Source: an uncultured virus (IMG/VR IMGVR_UViG_3300028559_000007) (lineage: Duplodnaviria > Heunggongvirae > Uroviricota > Caudoviricetes). From it: a stretch of 64,000 bases of DNA. Made by a program: the position numbers and the translations under genes. The DNA is taken from the IMG/VR virus record IMGVR_UViG_3300028559_000007; one strand, 5' to 3'. The first letter of the stretch is position 1. The number at the start of each line of letters is the position of its first letter. Shown here in pieces: positions 31,096-40,115 of this stretch. The notes beneath the pieces were generated by a model. It worked only from the letters and a program-made list of their open reading frames with translations. It did no database searches and was not told the origin of the DNA.

Positions 31096-31110
31096 GTGAA
31101 AATGAATAAT

Positions 31111-31157
31111 AAAAAATCCGATAGAATCCAGTGCGAATGGATTTACTATCGGATTTT
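31111..31157 (-). terminator. Intrinsic terminator (possibly bidirectional)
   Basis: AAAATCCGATAG-AATCCA-GTGCGAA-TGGATT-TA-CTATCGGATTTT, with a U6 tail on the minus strand. Confidence 0.75.
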
Positions 31158-31395
31158 GAGATTAAAAGTATCGCACAAACTTTACCTCTCTATTTGACAT
31201 AATTCTGTTAATTGAATAATTCATAATGCCTGATGAATCATCTCACCTGCGGTGCCACAGGATTTTTTTGGCCCCAACCTTCCCTAAAAAGGATGTTTCA
31301 GTTTATTCTGTTCTGTTAGGGCAGAAAGTTATCTGAAATATTTATAGGTTATGAAGTCATTTGGCTAGTCGGCTTGTAGCAGCTCCCATTTGACT
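31111..31395 (-). ncRNA. Putative structured non-coding RNA, family unassigned
   Basis: GC-elevated intergenic region; TATATTTG promoter (31399-31406, -), several hairpins, complementary loops CCCUAA/UUAGGG, terminator at 31111-31157. Confidence 0.65.
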
Positions 31396-31429
31396 CTACA
31401 AATATACATTAAATTTTAATATATACAAA

Positions 31430-31786
31430 ATGAAAATAAAAAAGTTTAATCAAATTGATGAAATATTTGGGTTTAAAAAGAAAACAGAAATAAAATTAAA
31501 CAAAATAGAATCTTGTGTTGAAAATATTATTAATTTTTTGAAAGATAATAATATTAATAGTTGGACAGATTTTATAAAAAGTGGTAAATTTGATAGATGG
31601 TCTATTGATAAAATAATAGATTCTAGTTGTGATACTAAAGAAGAACTAGATGAAGTTAGATTTAAATTAAAACTAAAGTTAAGTAATCATAATCAATTAA
31701 AGGCAATGCTTAAAGAATATGAAGATATAGAAGAATATATAAAATGTTCTGAAATACAACAAGAAATAGAAAATAAATTTTCATAA
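31430..31786 (+). CDS. Protein with N-terminal MKIKKFNQIDE motif and C-terminal UvrB/C-like helix
   Basis: TAATATATA at 31417-31425; EDIEEYIKCSEIQQEI. Confidence 0.7.
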   Translation: MKIKKFNQIDEIFGFKKKTEIKLNKIESCVENIINFLKDNNINSWTDFIKSGKFDRWSIDKIIDSSCDTKEELDEVRFKLKLKLSNHNQLKAMLKEYEDIEEYIKCSEIQQEIENKFS

Positions 31787-31815
31787 AATTTATTAATATT
31801 GCTTATATTTGCAAT

Positions 31816-32424
31816 ATGGGTTACAATAAACAAAATCTATATTATGAAGGCAGATTTGGTAGAAAACCAAAAACACGAACTATTGAAATGGTTCATGATT
31901 TGTGGATTAGAGCTAAAATTAGGTCTGATAAAAAAAGAAAAGATTTAATAGATTGTATTGATGAAATAATTAAAAATGTTGATCCTTTTAAAAAAGATTA
32001 TAGAGGAGATGATGAATTTAGAGTATTCTATAATAACGGAAAATATACTTGTTATTATACAATTTCTAAATCAAGATTAGGAGGATATGGATATTCTAAT
32101 GATGTTCTAGAATTTAAAAATCGTGATGATAAATTAACATTTTTACTAGCGAATCAAAATTCTTTTGAACTTGGTCAAAAATTTCACGAGTTGAATAAAC
32201 TTTCTTCATATCAACATGTTAGAGTAGAACAAATATTATCAGATATGTTGAATAAATACCTTCAAGATAATTATAAAGATTATACACCATTTAATGAAGT
32301 AATGAGTATTAAAATTTCAGATAAATCTTATTATATTAGTGTTGATAGTTCAAATTATCCTTATAAAAAATTTAAATTATTAAATGAAGTTTCAGAACCA
32401 ATAATAATTCCAAAAAATATCTAA
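31816..32424 (+). CDS. Hypothetical protein
   Basis: ORF; TATATTTG 4 nt upstream (near-leaderless). Confidence 0.75.
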   Translation: MGYNKQNLYYEGRFGRKPKTRTIEMVHDLWIRAKIRSDKKRKDLIDCIDEIIKNVDPFKKDYRGDDEFRVFYNNGKYTCYYTISKSRLGGYGYSNDVLEFKNRDDKLTFLLANQNSFELGQKFHELNKLSSYQHVRVEQILSDMLNKYLQDNYKDYTPFNEVMSIKISDKSYYISVDSSNYPYKKFKLLNEVSEPIIIPKNI

Positions 32425-32425
32425 T

Positions 32426-32617
32426 ATGTCAAAAGAAAGAAACCTTATTAAATTAGAAAAAGATATCAAGACCAAAATGGATCTTATAAAGATTGGAAAA
32501 ATTTTACCAAAAGATTCAGGAATAGGTAAAATGATTAATCTTGTTAAAACTTTAGATGAACCATTATACGACAAAATACTAATTGAATATAAAAAAGTAC
32601 TAAGTAATATAAAGTAA
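32426..32617 (+). CDS. Small hypothetical protein
   Basis: ORF followed by a terminator. Confidence 0.65.
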   Translation: MSKERNLIKLEKDIKTKMDLIKIGKILPKDSGIGKMINLVKTLDEPLYDKILIEYKKVLSNIK

Positions 32618-32647
32618 AAAAGAGAGTCATTTGACTCTCTTTTTTTT
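32616..32647. terminator. Bidirectional intrinsic terminator
   Basis: AAAAAAGAGAGTCA-TT-TGACTCTCTTTTTT between convergent genes. Confidence 0.85.
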
Positions 32648-33671
32648 ATGACTTAATAATATAATTATTATTAATATTATCAAAGATTATAAATTCAAAA
32701 TTTATTCCTCTTTTTAAACACTCCTCCTTTTTAGATATATTTTTAACTATATCTAAATCATATGTAAAGGTACTCTTAACTTCTATTATCTTATTTTCGG
32801 AAATTATGTATAGATCCGGAAAATATCTTGATATCTTATCGATATTTTGGTAAAATATTTTACCAACTTTATTCTCAATTGATTTATTCTTATAAAGTAT
32901 ATCATCTTCATGATAATATTTTAATAAATAATCCATAACTTTAGGCTCATATCCTTGTAATGATATAACTTTACCACTTGGTAGTCTATATGATTTATGA
33001 CTAAATGATTTTTTCAATAATTCCTCTAGAAAGTCAGAATCTTGACTTAAGTGTTCCACACCATATCTTTCTAGTATCGTATTTTTATATCTATCTCTTG
33101 TTAGTTTTTTTTCCTCTTCCGTCTTATTTACTAATTTGAATATTTTCTTTTTCTTAACTTCTTCTATTTTAGAAACATTATTAACTCCATATTTATTTAT
33201 TAAAATTTCTTTAATTTTATTCTTAGAATTTTCTGTTTTTAAATGATAATCAGATCCATATTTTATGTTATTAGTAATCTTTGCCTTCTCTTTAATAGAA
33301 TCTAATTTATTTGGATTATCAACCCCATATTTTTCCATACAGGTCTTTTTTGACTTTATAACTCTTTTCACTTTCTCAATATCAGAAATATTTCCCCAAT
33401 AATCTATTAGTTGACATTTGTTAGAACAGTATTTAACATATCCTCTATTTATATCACAGTATCTAACATTATTTTCACATTTCAAACATTTAACATCATT
33501 ATAAATATTATTTTTTAAATGCCAAACTATTTGAGAAGTACTCTTACCTGTAAAAAATGGATAGAAGTCTATTAATTGATCTAACATTCCATTCTTTTGG
33601 ATCTCACTTCTTATTTTTAATAAGTGACTATTTGATAGGCAATATTCTCTAATCTCATTAATACTAAACAT
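32646..33671 (-). CDS. Putative free-standing endonuclease (KYGV repeats, C-terminal PD-(D/E)XK)
   Basis: C..C, YCS..C, repeated (K/R)YGV.., FPDLYI...IEVKS. Confidence 0.75.
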   Translation of the reverse strand: MFSINEIREYCLSNSHLLKIRSEIQKNGMLDQLIDFYPFFTGKSTSQIVWHLKNNIYNDVKCLKCENNVRYCDINRGYVKYCSNKCQLIDYWGNISDIEKVKRVIKSKKTCMEKYGVDNPNKLDSIKEKAKITNNIKYGSDYHLKTENSKNKIKEILINKYGVNNVSKIEEVKKKKIFKLVNKTEEEKKLTRDRYKNTILERYGVEHLSQDSDFLEELLKKSFSHKSYRLPSGKVISLQGYEPKVMDYLLKYYHEDDILYKNKSIENKVGKIFYQNIDKISRYFPDLYIISENKIIEVKSTFTYDLDIVKNISKKEECLKRGINFEFIIFDNINNNYIIKS

Positions 33672-33715
33672 ACTTTGTAATATTTTATATCCAATGTCAT
33701 TGGTATAAGTATATA

Positions 33716-34630
33716 TTACAGATAGTCTTTTCTGTATTTAAATAATGCTAAATCTTTTTGTTTACATTCTAACTCTATATCAACTTCTATATCAAAACTT
33801 TCAAACTTTTCATATAGAAAATCAGCATGTGATATTAATTTACTTTTAGGATCCTCATGTAGTTTTGTAGATGATGAATGATGAACAATTGGTTTAACTT
33901 TCCAAGTAGATATACCCAATCTTAGAGTATCTTCCCACTCCATATTATCAGAATGGCATTTGTAATGTAGACTATCTACAACAATAGGAATACCTATTAT
34001 TTTATAAACATTATTATATAAAAACTTAACAGAATATTGATTAGGACTATCATCATTTTCAATGGTTAATCTTTTCTTACAAGAGTCGGATAAATTTTGA
34101 AATTGATCACAAAATCTTTTTGATGCTTCTTCTCTTGTTGGTTTAGTTGAATTAATATGGATATTAATTGGATAGAATGTGTTTTGATCAAGACCCATCA
34201 AGTCCATAAGTTCAGCATGTTTATTTAACTCACTAATTGTTTTAGATATCACAGAAATGTTTTCACTTGCTAAAACGTTGAATGGTCCTGGGTGATAGCT
34301 CACACGAATACAATTTAATTTAATTTTATCACCAATTAGTTTAAGTAAATTACTAATTACTTTAAAATTTGGAAGATTTTTAAATTCATACTCTGACATC
34401 CAAGGAAATGAATCGCTAGACATTCGATAGATATAAATTTTATTTTTTAAATTCCAATCTAATACTTTTAAAGTATCCTTTAAATTGAGTATAATAAGTT
34501 CAGAAACGTAATTTAAACCTTTTAAGTCGAAAGTTCTTCTGACCATACTACGATTTACCTGTATATGATCTTTCTTTTTTAATCCTTGATTACATCCGAG
34601 TGGGATGCAGCAGTATCCAATATTATTCAT
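33716..34630 (-). CDS. uvsE: UV-damage endonuclease
   Basis: IGYCCI, YRMSS..FP, HPGPF.VL, IEND, D..H, H.S, HAD, E.KQKD. Confidence 0.92.
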   Translation of the reverse strand: MNNIGYCCIPLGCNQGLKKKDHIQVNRSMVRRTFDLKGLNYVSELIILNLKDTLKVLDWNLKNKIYIYRMSSDSFPWMSEYEFKNLPNFKVISNLLKLIGDKIKLNCIRVSYHPGPFNVLASENISVISKTISELNKHAELMDLMGLDQNTFYPINIHINSTKPTREEASKRFCDQFQNLSDSCKKRLTIENDDSPNQYSVKFLYNNVYKIIGIPIVVDSLHYKCHSDNMEWEDTLRLGISTWKVKPIVHHSSSTKLHEDPKSKLISHADFLYEKFESFDIEVDIELECKQKDLALFKYRKDYL

Positions 34631-34716
34631 TGCACAAATATATAAAATTATTTTATATATACCGTATGAAGTTTATAAAAGAATTCCATTAATAATTATT
34701 TCTTTATCCATTTTAA

Positions 34717-35061
34717 TTATAACATATAAGTCTTAGGATCATTAATATAAGTCTTTAAAAATTTTTCAAGTTTAGGACATTTATTTTCAAGTTCCTTTTT
34801 AAATTGCTCATACCCACCAGCAGTCATTGGATTTTCTTGCATTACTAATTTAACAGCCATAATTTCCAAGTCACAAATCATATTCATACTTTTCATTTTA
34901 ACACTTTTCTTATAAAGATCTAAATACTCATCTAATAAAGTCTCATCGCATTTAACTTTACCAGTTATATATAATGGTATTATGAAAGCAGCATATTTTT
35001 TTAATATAGATGGATCTGGTGTAAAATATTTAGATTCATTTATTTTTGAGAATTTTTTCAT
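34717..35061 (-). CDS. Protein with N-terminal MKKFSKINES motif
   Basis: TAATATATA at 35079-35087 (-). Confidence 0.7.
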   Translation of the reverse strand: MKKFSKINESKYFTPDPSILKKYAAFIIPLYITGKVKCDETLLDEYLDLYKKSVKMKSMNMICDLEIMAVKLVMQENPMTAGGYEQFKKELENKCPKLEKFLKTYINDPKTYML

Positions 35062-35105
35062 TTAATAAAACGTTTTCTTATATATTAATTTTATATATAA
35101 TTAAT

Positions 35106-35534
35106 ATGAAATATTTAAAAACATTTGAAACATACCAGGGACCTATTTTTCCAAAAAGTAAATTCAATCAAGAAGATATGAACGAACTACATGAGATGTT
35201 TCAAGACTTTGCAATTACTTATAACATAAAAGATATGACAATTAAAACATCAAGTTTGATACCATCACGATTTGATGATGATCCAGATACTGGTGAAATT
35301 AATCAATATATTATAGGACAAGCTAGAAACGCCTTTATTGATATTAGACTATTCTCTAATGAAGAAGAAATTATTGAAACACTACGAGATAATTTTATTC
35401 CACAAGTAAAATCATTAGGATGGTATATTCCATCTTATATACAATTAAAAGATGGTATGGTAATAACACACGACGAGAATGATATAGAAACACCTTATAC
35501 AGAAATATCAATTACTTTTGCAAAAAAAGATTAG
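35106..35534 (+). CDS. Protein with N-terminal MKYLKTFE motif
   Basis: ATG at 35106 after TTATATATAA preferred over the upstream TTG. Confidence 0.75.
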   Translation: MKYLKTFETYQGPIFPKSKFNQEDMNELHEMFQDFAITYNIKDMTIKTSSLIPSRFDDDPDTGEINQYIIGQARNAFIDIRLFSNEEEIIETLRDNFIPQVKSLGWYIPSYIQLKDGMVITHDENDIETPYTEISITFAKKD

Positions 35535-35557
35535 AATATTTTTAATATATAATTAAT

Positions 35558-36598
35558 ATGAAATATGAGTCAATTTTAGAATCACTATTATATTATTCAC
35601 CAAGGTTTAGAGATATAATTAATCAAATAGATCATCCAGTTGCTAAAGAGTTATTAGGTAGTGAAGGTAAAAATATTTTACCAGATATTACATTTATTGA
35701 TATTGATGATAAAGGAGTAGTTTCATTCTCAACTATGAATAATTCAATTAGAAAAATTTCAGATTTTTTAAAAGATACTAATGATTCGGATTTTAGCCAA
35801 GAATGGAGAAGAGAAGATGCTGATGATATTTACCAATATGATAGAGAAGGAAACGGCCCTGGAGTTTATAATTCATCTAGAAATGAGATAAAAATAGGAA
35901 AATTAGTAAATAAAATACTCAAATCAAAATTCAAAGATTCTGATTTAGAAAAATTTATAAATCTTGTAAAATCATCTTTAGAAAAAAAACAAGACTTTTC
36001 ATTTTTATCAGGACCTGATATATATTGGGGATATAGTTCAAATAACTACCTTTCAAATAAAGGAACTATTGGTAATTCATGCATGAATGATAAAGCATAT
36101 TTAGAATTATATGTAGAAAATAAAGATGCTTGTAGATTATTAGTTTTAATGGAGGATAATAAAGTTGTTGGAAGAGCTTTAGTTTGAAAATTATATAGTT
36201 GCATTAATATAAATACAGATAAGAAAATAAATGTTGAATATCATATGGATAGAATCTATACTGCTGATGATTATATTATTATAAAATTCCATGAATATGC
36301 ACATAAAAATGGTTGGTCTTATAAAACTGAAAATAATTTTTCAAATAAAGAAATGATAACATTTAATAAAAACCATTATAGAGCTAAAATGATAGTTAAA
36401 ATTATACCAGGTGAATATAATTTTTATCCATATATGGATACATTTGCAAGATTAAATATAAAAGAAGGAAAATTATATAACGACTATAATAGTGATGAAA
36501 TTGGTCACATATTAACAGGTATTTATGGTAATTTTATATCTAAAAATTATCCATCATTGATTAAAAGATTCGCTAATTTTTTTACAGAAAGAATATAA
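35558..36598 (+). pseudogene. SCM/MDRIY family paralog 2, split by an in-frame TGA at a conserved Trp
   Basis: GRALV-TGA(36185-36187)-KLY..MDRIY in one frame; paralogs have RALLW/RALVW. Confidence 0.8.
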
Positions 36599-37306
36599 TT
36601 AAGACCACAGGCTTTTAATTACTGAGTTAGCTTGTTTTTGACTTATAAAACCTTTATTTTTATAGTATCTCCAAACACTATCAAAGAAATAGTTACTAGA
36701 TCTTCTTTCTTCTGAAACTAAAAACCCCAATTGTCTTAATAAATTTTTATAAGGATTGGTATCTCCTAAAATTTCTTCAATTTTATTATCACGTATTTCA
36801 GATAAATCAAGATTCTCTTCTAAATAAGAGGTAAATTCCCACCACTCTTGTTCGCTAATTGTCCAATAATTCTTGGTATATGGAGATAAATGTATTTCTA
36901 TAAAAGATCCGTTATCAATTAATAATGATCCTTTAAGAGGACAATGTTTAAAACTAAAATCAATTCTTATATCATCTATTTTATCTATTCTACTAATATC
37001 AAATGGATTATCAAGATTAAACTTTTGAGATTTTCCAAAATTAGTATCTACATATTCACAATTTCCAAACTTAGACATAATTTGAAATAATTCATCACTA
37101 TCAATATCTTTAAATCTTTTATTATGGTTTAATAATGATAATATTGGTTTGAAAAAATCTTTATCATTAAAAATCTTTGGATCTACAATAGCATAATCCC
37201 CTATTATATTTAAAATGCCTTTGACTGGAATTAAAGATCCGGTATAATGATTTCGGTCAGTTCCAAAATCATCATCAATGTGTATTTTTATTTGATAGTT
37301 TAGCAC
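36599..37306 (-). CDS. Hypothetical protein with internal RDNKIEEIL tag
   Basis: ORF. Confidence 0.7.
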   Translation of the reverse strand: MLNYQIKIHIDDDFGTDRNHYTGSLIPVKGILNIIGDYAIVDPKIFNDKDFFKPILSLLNHNKRFKDIDSDELFQIMSKFGNCEYVDTNFGKSQKFNLDNPFDISRIDKIDDIRIDFSFKHCPLKGSLLIDNGSFIEIHLSPYTKNYWTISEQEWWEFTSYLEENLDLSEIRDNKIEEILGDTNPYKNLLRQLGFLVSEERRSSNYFFDSVWRYYKNKGFISQKQANSVIKSLWS

Positions 37307-37470
37307 TTTTCAAAAAAAATTAAAGTAAATAAACCAAACCACCAAAGTATATAATAAAGATTATCTCCAATTTCAAATCGGTAGATTATTTTTTTAGCAT
37401 TTCTATTTTCAATAGTTTTATCATTGCCAAATAAAATAGATTTAATTTTTTCCCAGAATTTTTTCCACAT
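37300..37470 (-). CDS. Small protein with hydrophobic C-terminus (not in ORF track)
   Basis: MWKKFWEKIK..ILWWFGLFTLIFFEKC*, directly after TATATTTG (37475-37482). Confidence 0.55.
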   Translation of the reverse strand: MWKKFWEKIKSILFGNDKTIENRNAKKIIYRFEIGDNLYYILWWFGLFTLIFFEKC

Positions 37471-37492
37471 AAGACAAATATATGGAAAAAAA

Positions 37493-38479
37493 TTAAATCT
37501 TAAAATAATCTTTGAAAGATTCTAAATTTTCAAATTTATACTTATCTTTCATTGCTTTTAATTTATCCTTAGCACTATTTAATTCATTCTCTAATGAAAC
37601 TCTATTTGGATCATTCTTAGACATTTTATTTAGTTGTTCCTCTCTTTGTTTAATAGTTGATTTGAGAACATTATATAATGGTTCTTTTGGGTGTCCAGTA
37701 TTTGATTTTCTATCTTTTGATCCTGATGAACCGGTTGATCCTGATGATGATCCGGAATTAGATGATGATCTATTTTTAGAACCACCAGGTCTATTTTTTA
37801 CTTTTCGAATCATTTCATTTGCAAGTTCAACAAATCTCTCTTTAATTGAAAATGGAATAGTATAAATAGTTTTTAACCAATAAATTTTATTACCTTCAAT
37901 TTTAACTATTCTATTATCTTCAAATATATAATGAAATGCAGTTTCACCATTTACAATAGGTGTAGATATTTTATCAGAATAGGGACTTTGACTAAAATCT
38001 TTAATCATTAATTTATATAAAGAATCTATTTCATTATTAACTCTTTGTGCCTCTTGAGCTCTTTTTCTTCTCTCTTGTTCTTGCTCTTGAGATCTTTTTC
38101 TTTTCTCTTGATTTAATTTTTCTCTTTCTTCTCTTTCTTTTTTCTCATCTTCTCTTCTCTTTTTCTCTTTTTCTCTTTCTCTTAATTCATGACCTGGTAA
38201 CCATTTATCAAATCTATCCCATATAGACATATCTCCACGACATTTTTTTCTGATTTCTTCTAATTTTTCGAAACTATACCAAGAAAAGGAAGAGGGTTTT
38301 GCTATTACATCAGCATAGAAATAATTGAAAGTCATTTTATCACATTCTTTCCATCTCTGATCCCATTCTTTTAAAATGGCCTTTTTTGAAGGTTCTCCTT
38401 TAATATCTTTACCAGTATTGACTTCAAAATCAACAATATTTCTTAACCATTTTGGACTTCTATATATAGACTCGTTCAT
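37493..38479 (-). CDS. Charged coiled-coil protein with Ser/Gly linker
   Basis: E/K/R-rich helix; ends KFENLESFKDYFKI. Confidence 0.75.
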   Translation of the reverse strand: MNESIYRSPKWLRNIVDFEVNTGKDIKGEPSKKAILKEWDQRWKECDKMTFNYFYADVIAKPSSFSWYSFEKLEEIRKKCRGDMSIWDRFDKWLPGHELREREKEKKRREDEKKEREEREKLNQEKRKRSQEQEQERRKRAQEAQRVNNEIDSLYKLMIKDFSQSPYSDKISTPIVNGETAFHYIFEDNRIVKIEGNKIYWLKTIYTIPFSIKERFVELANEMIRKVKNRPGGSKNRSSSNSGSSSGSTGSSGSKDRKSNTGHPKEPLYNVLKSTIKQREEQLNKMSKNDPNRVSLENELNSAKDKLKAMKDKYKFENLESFKDYFKI

Positions 38480-38496
38480 TTATAATTTAATTTTTT

Positions 38497-40044
38497 TTAA
38501 GAGCATTCGGAACAATCTACTCTACCACCACCACCACATTCTTCACATTGATTTCTTCCACTACCTTCACATTCAGGACAATTAACTTTTCCATTTCCTT
38601 CACAATCATCACAAGTATATTTTCCGGTTCCTTCACAATCATCACAAGGTTTTCCATCTTTTTCACCCTTACCATCACATTTCTCACAATCAAGATCACC
38701 ATTCCCCTCACATTTCTCACAATCAACCTCACCAGTAGACTTTAAAAAAAGTCTTCTATATCTTCCATTTTGACAATTAGTACATGGAATATCACCATCT
38801 CCACCACATTCATAACAATCTACTCTACCTTCACCACCACAAGTATCACAAGATTCAGCCTCAGCCCATCCACCACCAGTATCTTCAAGTGTTATATAAT
38901 CACCACTATCGCATTCGGTTGTTAGTTGACCAGAATCTCTGTTAAAATATTTAAGAGTATCTAAATAAGGATATTTTCTATAATCACCTTCATTAGAATT
39001 TTTTAAATTAATAACTAAATGACCTTTATCTTTTCTACCTTCTTTACCAATTATTACATAATTATCTGAGCTATCTTGATTAGGTTTATGATACCAATTT
39101 TCTTTATGAGCATATTGTTTAAATAAATCAACATCTGAATCATTATTAGAATATATTCTATCCATAAATGTAACTTGTGGATTGTCTAATTTCCAAACAA
39201 GAGCTCTTGCTTTTATTTTAGATTCATCATCAGCTTTTAAAATTAATAAAGAACATTTATCCGGATTCTTTACATAAATATCAAAGAAACTAGGATTAAC
39301 ACCTTTCATACAAGAAGATCCAAGAGTTCCTCTTTGTGATTCATAATTTAATTGTGAATACCAATATGATATTTTATCACCTGAAACTAATTCAAACTTA
39401 CGGTATATGTCATTCATTTTATCCCAAGCAGATTTATATTTATTAACAAATTGTTCAATATCAGCATCTGAAAATTTAAAATCTGATTTACTTAAAATTG
39501 CTTTAACTCCTCTACCAGTTCTTATTGTTTGTCTATTTTGTTGAAAAGGTAATTTACTAGGATCTATGTATTTAATATAATTTTCATTAACAACACTAAG
39601 ACCACCTGTAAATTTAATTTTAACATAAATATTTTCAGATCTAGGTGATTTAGCTTTACTTAAAACCTCACCTTTTTCTCCGGGATTTGGATGATAAGTT
39701 TTTTCACCAACTGGTTCGTAACCAAGTAAACCAAATATTATATTATTAGCTGGTGAATGTTTTAGAAATCCACTTCCATTAGTACCACCATTAAATGTTG
39801 CAAATTTTTCGGATTGTTGAATAATTTCCTTGGCTTTTCTATCAGTAATAAAACTAATAGTATCTTTATCATTTATATCTAAATAGTTATTAGCAATATC
39901 TAAATCTTTTGTTTCAATTTCTTTTAATGATTTTGCAACTGGTGAATCAATATCATCAAGTATTTTTCTAAATTTATCAGAATAGACAACAATAGATTCT
40001 AAAATCATCGATTCAAATAAAAATTCATTATATTTTCTAATCAT
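38497..40044 (-). CDS. SCM/MDRIY family paralog 3 with DnaJ-type CxxCxGxG zinc-finger repeats
   Basis: Starts MIRKYNEFLFE; GSSCM, ARALVW, MDRIY, YPYLDT; about 8 CxxCxGxG repeats. Confidence 0.85.
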   Translation of the reverse strand: MIRKYNEFLFESMILESIVVYSDKFRKILDDIDSPVAKSLKEIETKDLDIANNYLDINDKDTISFITDRKAKEIIQQSEKFATFNGGTNGSGFLKHSPANNIIFGLLGYEPVGEKTYHPNPGEKGEVLSKAKSPRSENIYVKIKFTGGLSVVNENYIKYIDPSKLPFQQNRQTIRTGRGVKAILSKSDFKFSDADIEQFVNKYKSAWDKMNDIYRKFELVSGDKISYWYSQLNYESQRGTLGSSCMKGVNPSFFDIYVKNPDKCSLLILKADDESKIKARALVWKLDNPQVTFMDRIYSNNDSDVDLFKQYAHKENWYHKPNQDSSDNYVIIGKEGRKDKGHLVINLKNSNEGDYRKYPYLDTLKYFNRDSGQLTTECDSGDYITLEDTGGGWAEAESCDTCGGEGRVDCYECGGDGDIPCTNCQNGRYRRLFLKSTGEVDCEKCEGNGDLDCEKCDGKGEKDGKPCDDCEGTGKYTCDDCEGNGKVNCPECEGSGRNQCEECGGGGRVDCSECS

Positions 40045-40115
40045 AAATTATTTTTAATTTTACATAGTATATATTATTTAAAATATCTGAATTTAATAAA
40101 TTAATATATAATGTT

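Noticed and set aside
31225..31330. Hammerhead ribozyme (CTGATGA) or tmRNA (GGGGCC) in the ncRNA region
   Set aside because: No stem II plus GAAA core at the right spacing; no TTCGA T arm, CCA end or tag ORF.
35046..35105. TTG-started extension of ORF 35046..35534
   Set aside because: Covers the divergent promoter region; ATG at 35106 gives the class-typical MKYLKTFE start.
38497..38870. DnaJ chaperone
   Set aside because: Only CxxCxGxG repeats; no J-domain or HPD motif.
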